Shown: piece by piece, positions 61,998 to 64,000 of the stretch
Layout of the letters: the number at the start of each line of letters is the position of its first letter
Numbering within the stretch: position 1 is the first letter of the stretch
From: Snowella sp.
Lineage (GTDB): Bacteria; Cyanobacteriota; Cyanobacteriia; Cyanobacteriales; Microcystaceae
Direction: 5' to 3'
Assembly: GCA_035285545.1 (NCBI GenBank)
Contig: JAYKGY010000104.1
Location: 146,650 to 210,649 of the forward strand
Length of the DNA stretch: 64,000 nt
Notes under the pieces: generated by a model
Seen by the model: only the letters and a program-made list of their open reading frames with translations
What the model was told of the DNA's origin: nothing
Databases searched by the model: none
Translations under genes and position numbers: made by a program

Positions 61998-62741
61998 ATG
62001 TTAGACGCACTGCAACTGCAACTTTATCATCTTCAACAATTTGCGAATGGCTTAGTCTCATCCCAATTACGGCATTTAAGTGTTGTTAGCATTGGCATTA
62101 TTTTTCTCGCAGGGCTTTTAACCAGCCTAACCCCTTGTATGTTGTCGATGTTGCCCCTAACCGTTGCCTATATTGGGGGATATGAAAATCAAGGTCGTTT
62201 TCAATCTTTGATTCAATCGAGTTGGTTTGCGTTCGGCTTAGCGACTACCTTGGGCGGATTGGGCGTTGTTGCCGCTTCTTTAGGGAAAGTTTATGGACAA
62301 ATCGGGGTGGGCTTACCGATCGCGGTCAGTATTATTGCGATTTTGATGGGCTTAAATCTACTGGAACTTTTACCCCTGCGGTTTCCCAGTCTGGGGACAA
62401 CGGAATGGATTCAATCAGACTTCCCGCCTGCCTTACGTTCCTATTTGTTGGGTTTAACCTTTGGATTAGTGGCTTCTCCCTGTAGCACCCCTGTTTTAGC
62501 GACGCTCTTAGCGTGGGTTGCCAGCACTCAAGATTTAGTGTTAGGAATGGGGTTACTTTTGGCCTACGCGATCGGTTATGTAATGCCCCTGATTATTGTG
62601 GGAGCCTTTACGGGATCATTGAAAAAGCTCTTAGAATTACGGCAATGGTCAAGCTGGATTAATCCGGTGAGTGGAACCATCCTGATTAGCTTTGGAATTT
62701 TCTCCCTACTGTCTCGTTTACCCATTAATCGTTTGGGTTAA
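61998..62741 (+). CDS. ccdA: Cytochrome c biogenesis protein CcdA
   Basis: SLTPCMLSMLP and ASPCSTP, multi-TM. Confidence 0.93.
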   Translation: MLDALQLQLYHLQQFANGLVSSQLRHLSVVSIGIIFLAGLLTSLTPCMLSMLPLTVAYIGGYENQGRFQSLIQSSWFAFGLATTLGGLGVVAASLGKVYGQIGVGLPIAVSIIAILMGLNLLELLPLRFPSLGTTEWIQSDFPPALRSYLLGLTFGLVASPCSTPVLATLLAWVASTQDLVLGMGLLLAYAIGYVMPLIIVGAFTGSLKKLLELRQWSSWINPVSGTILISFGIFSLLSRLPINRLG

Positions 62742-62769
62742 GCAAGTTTCAGCGATCGCCGATTCTGAT

Positions 62770-63684
62770 TTAAGACAAAGGAACTTTAAACACCCAGTTG
62801 GCATATTGGGGGTCACGGTTTTCCGTAATGGCCACTAATTTTTCCTTAAGTTGATTGGTAATCGGTCGTTCAGAAGCAAAATTAAAAGTTTCAATCCGTT
62901 TAACAGGCGTAATCTTAGCCGCAGTCCCACTCAAAAAGACTTCATCGGCGATCAACAATTCCGATTTATCAATGGGACGTTGAACCGTCGGGATGCCTAA
63001 ATCCTTCGCAATAGTTAAAATACTGTCTCTGGTGATCCCTTCTAAAATGTCTTGTTCAAGACCTGGGGTGATTAATTGCCCATGACGAACCATAAAAATG
63101 TTCATTCCCGTAGCTTCACAGACTTTCCCCTGGGTATTCATTAAAATGGCTTCATCAAATCCCGATTCGACCGCTTCAGTTTTGGCCAAAGCAGAGGTGA
63201 TGTAGGCCGCGCTAATTTTTCCTCTGAGGGGGAAACTCCGATCTTCTTGCCGATACCAGGAACTGATGCGACAGCTAACCCCGTCAGCCGCGAGATAATC
63301 CCCCATTTCTAAACCATAAACCAAAAAATCTTTTTCAATATTATGTAAACGAGGCGCAATGCCTAAACCGGAGCTATACACCAAGGGACGGATATAAAAG
63401 GAGGTATTAGGCTGATTTTTTTGAATGAAGTCAACAATTATTTGCTGAATTTTATCGGGCGCAATTTCATAATTTAAAAACGTCGCGCTCTGGCTTAATC
63501 GTTGGCAGTGGCGGTCTAAACGAAACAGTAAAATTTGTTGAGGATTTTGGGGATCGGGAATGCCTCTTAGCCCCCCAAACGCCGCAGTTCCATAATGTAG
63601 CGCATGAGTCGCAACGGAAACAGTCGCCTGTTCAAACGGGACAAATTGATTTTGGAAATAAGCGATGGGGAGGAACTTATGCAT
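62770..63684 (-). CDS. ilvE: Branched-chain amino acid aminotransferase
   Basis: HALHYG, LFRLDRH, YIRP, EATGMNIF, LEGITR, GTAA. Confidence 0.93.
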   Translation of the reverse strand: MHKFLPIAYFQNQFVPFEQATVSVATHALHYGTAAFGGLRGIPDPQNPQQILLFRLDRHCQRLSQSATFLNYEIAPDKIQQIIVDFIQKNQPNTSFYIRPLVYSSGLGIAPRLHNIEKDFLVYGLEMGDYLAADGVSCRISSWYRQEDRSFPLRGKISAAYITSALAKTEAVESGFDEAILMNTQGKVCEATGMNIFMVRHGQLITPGLEQDILEGITRDSILTIAKDLGIPTVQRPIDKSELLIADEVFLSGTAAKITPVKRIETFNFASERPITNQLKEKLVAITENRDPQYANWVFKVPLS

Positions 63685-63754
63685 TGCTGAGATTCAAAAA
63701 TAAATCAATTTCAATTAAAAATTAAAACCATAAAACTCGATAAGTATCGTAGCT

Positions 63755-64000
63755 TTAGGGATTTCCAAGCCAACCCACTAAATTTTGCGTTTGACGATCA
63801 GTGGGATTGGGGATGTGTACCACTTCGTAGCGACTAGGTTGGGGAGCCGCTAATTGCAGGTTAACAGTCTTCAAGACATCCTGATGAAACACAGTTATTT
63901 GAATCATATCATTTGCTTGGTAATCTTTGAGCCGCTCGTTTAACTGTTCCGCCGTGACCTTAATTCCATCGATCGCGAGTAATTCATCCTCAGGACTAAT
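63755..64000 (-). CDS. C-terminal PDZ region of a probable M61 family peptidase (partial)
   Basis: Hand translation ISPEDELLAIDGIKVTAEQLNERLKDYQANDMIQITVFHQD...QNLVGWLGNP*. Confidence 0.7.
   Translation of the reverse strand: MSPEDELLAIDGIKVTAEQLNERLKDYQANDMIQITVFHQDVLKTVNLQLAAPQPSRYEVVHIPNPTDRQTQNLVGWLGNP

Larger units (their letters stand above)
1..64000. repeat. Dispersed HIP1 octamer GCGATCGC
   Basis: Dozens of copies across the window, mostly in coding sequence; diagnostic of cyanobacteria. Confidence 0.95.

Overview
A 64-kb stretch of cyanobacterial chromosome. HIP1 octamers (GCGATCGC) are frequent, and the cyanobacterial genes nblB, a flavodiiron gene and a cyanobacteriochrome are present; it looks unicellular/Chroococcales-like, but the genus cannot be fixed from sequence alone. 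Most content is housekeeping: dnaN, rpoZ, aroK, recJ, rimP-nusA-ylxR-infB, mutS2, ccdA, ilvE, tRNA-Gly(CCC) and tRNA-Glu(TTC). It is interspersed with signalling genes (a DXCF cyanobacteriochrome hybrid kinase; an MHYT-PAS-HK-REC-REC-HPt kinase with a REC-HK partner), small accessory ORFs and palindromic or heptamer repeats. The most unusual locus is an AT-rich pyrimidine-nucleotide cluster right after tRNA-Gly (46826-50463). It contains an MtrA-like/ThyA/DUF4346 fusion translationally coupled to a dCTP-deaminase-fold protein that appears to have lost its catalytic residues and gained C-terminal transmembrane helices. These are followed by dUTPase, facing a canonical dCTP deaminase that sits on the remnant of a destroyed dCMP deaminase gene. 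No CRISPR array, rRNA, transposase or integrase was seen. All domain calls come from motif recognition by eye, not database searches.
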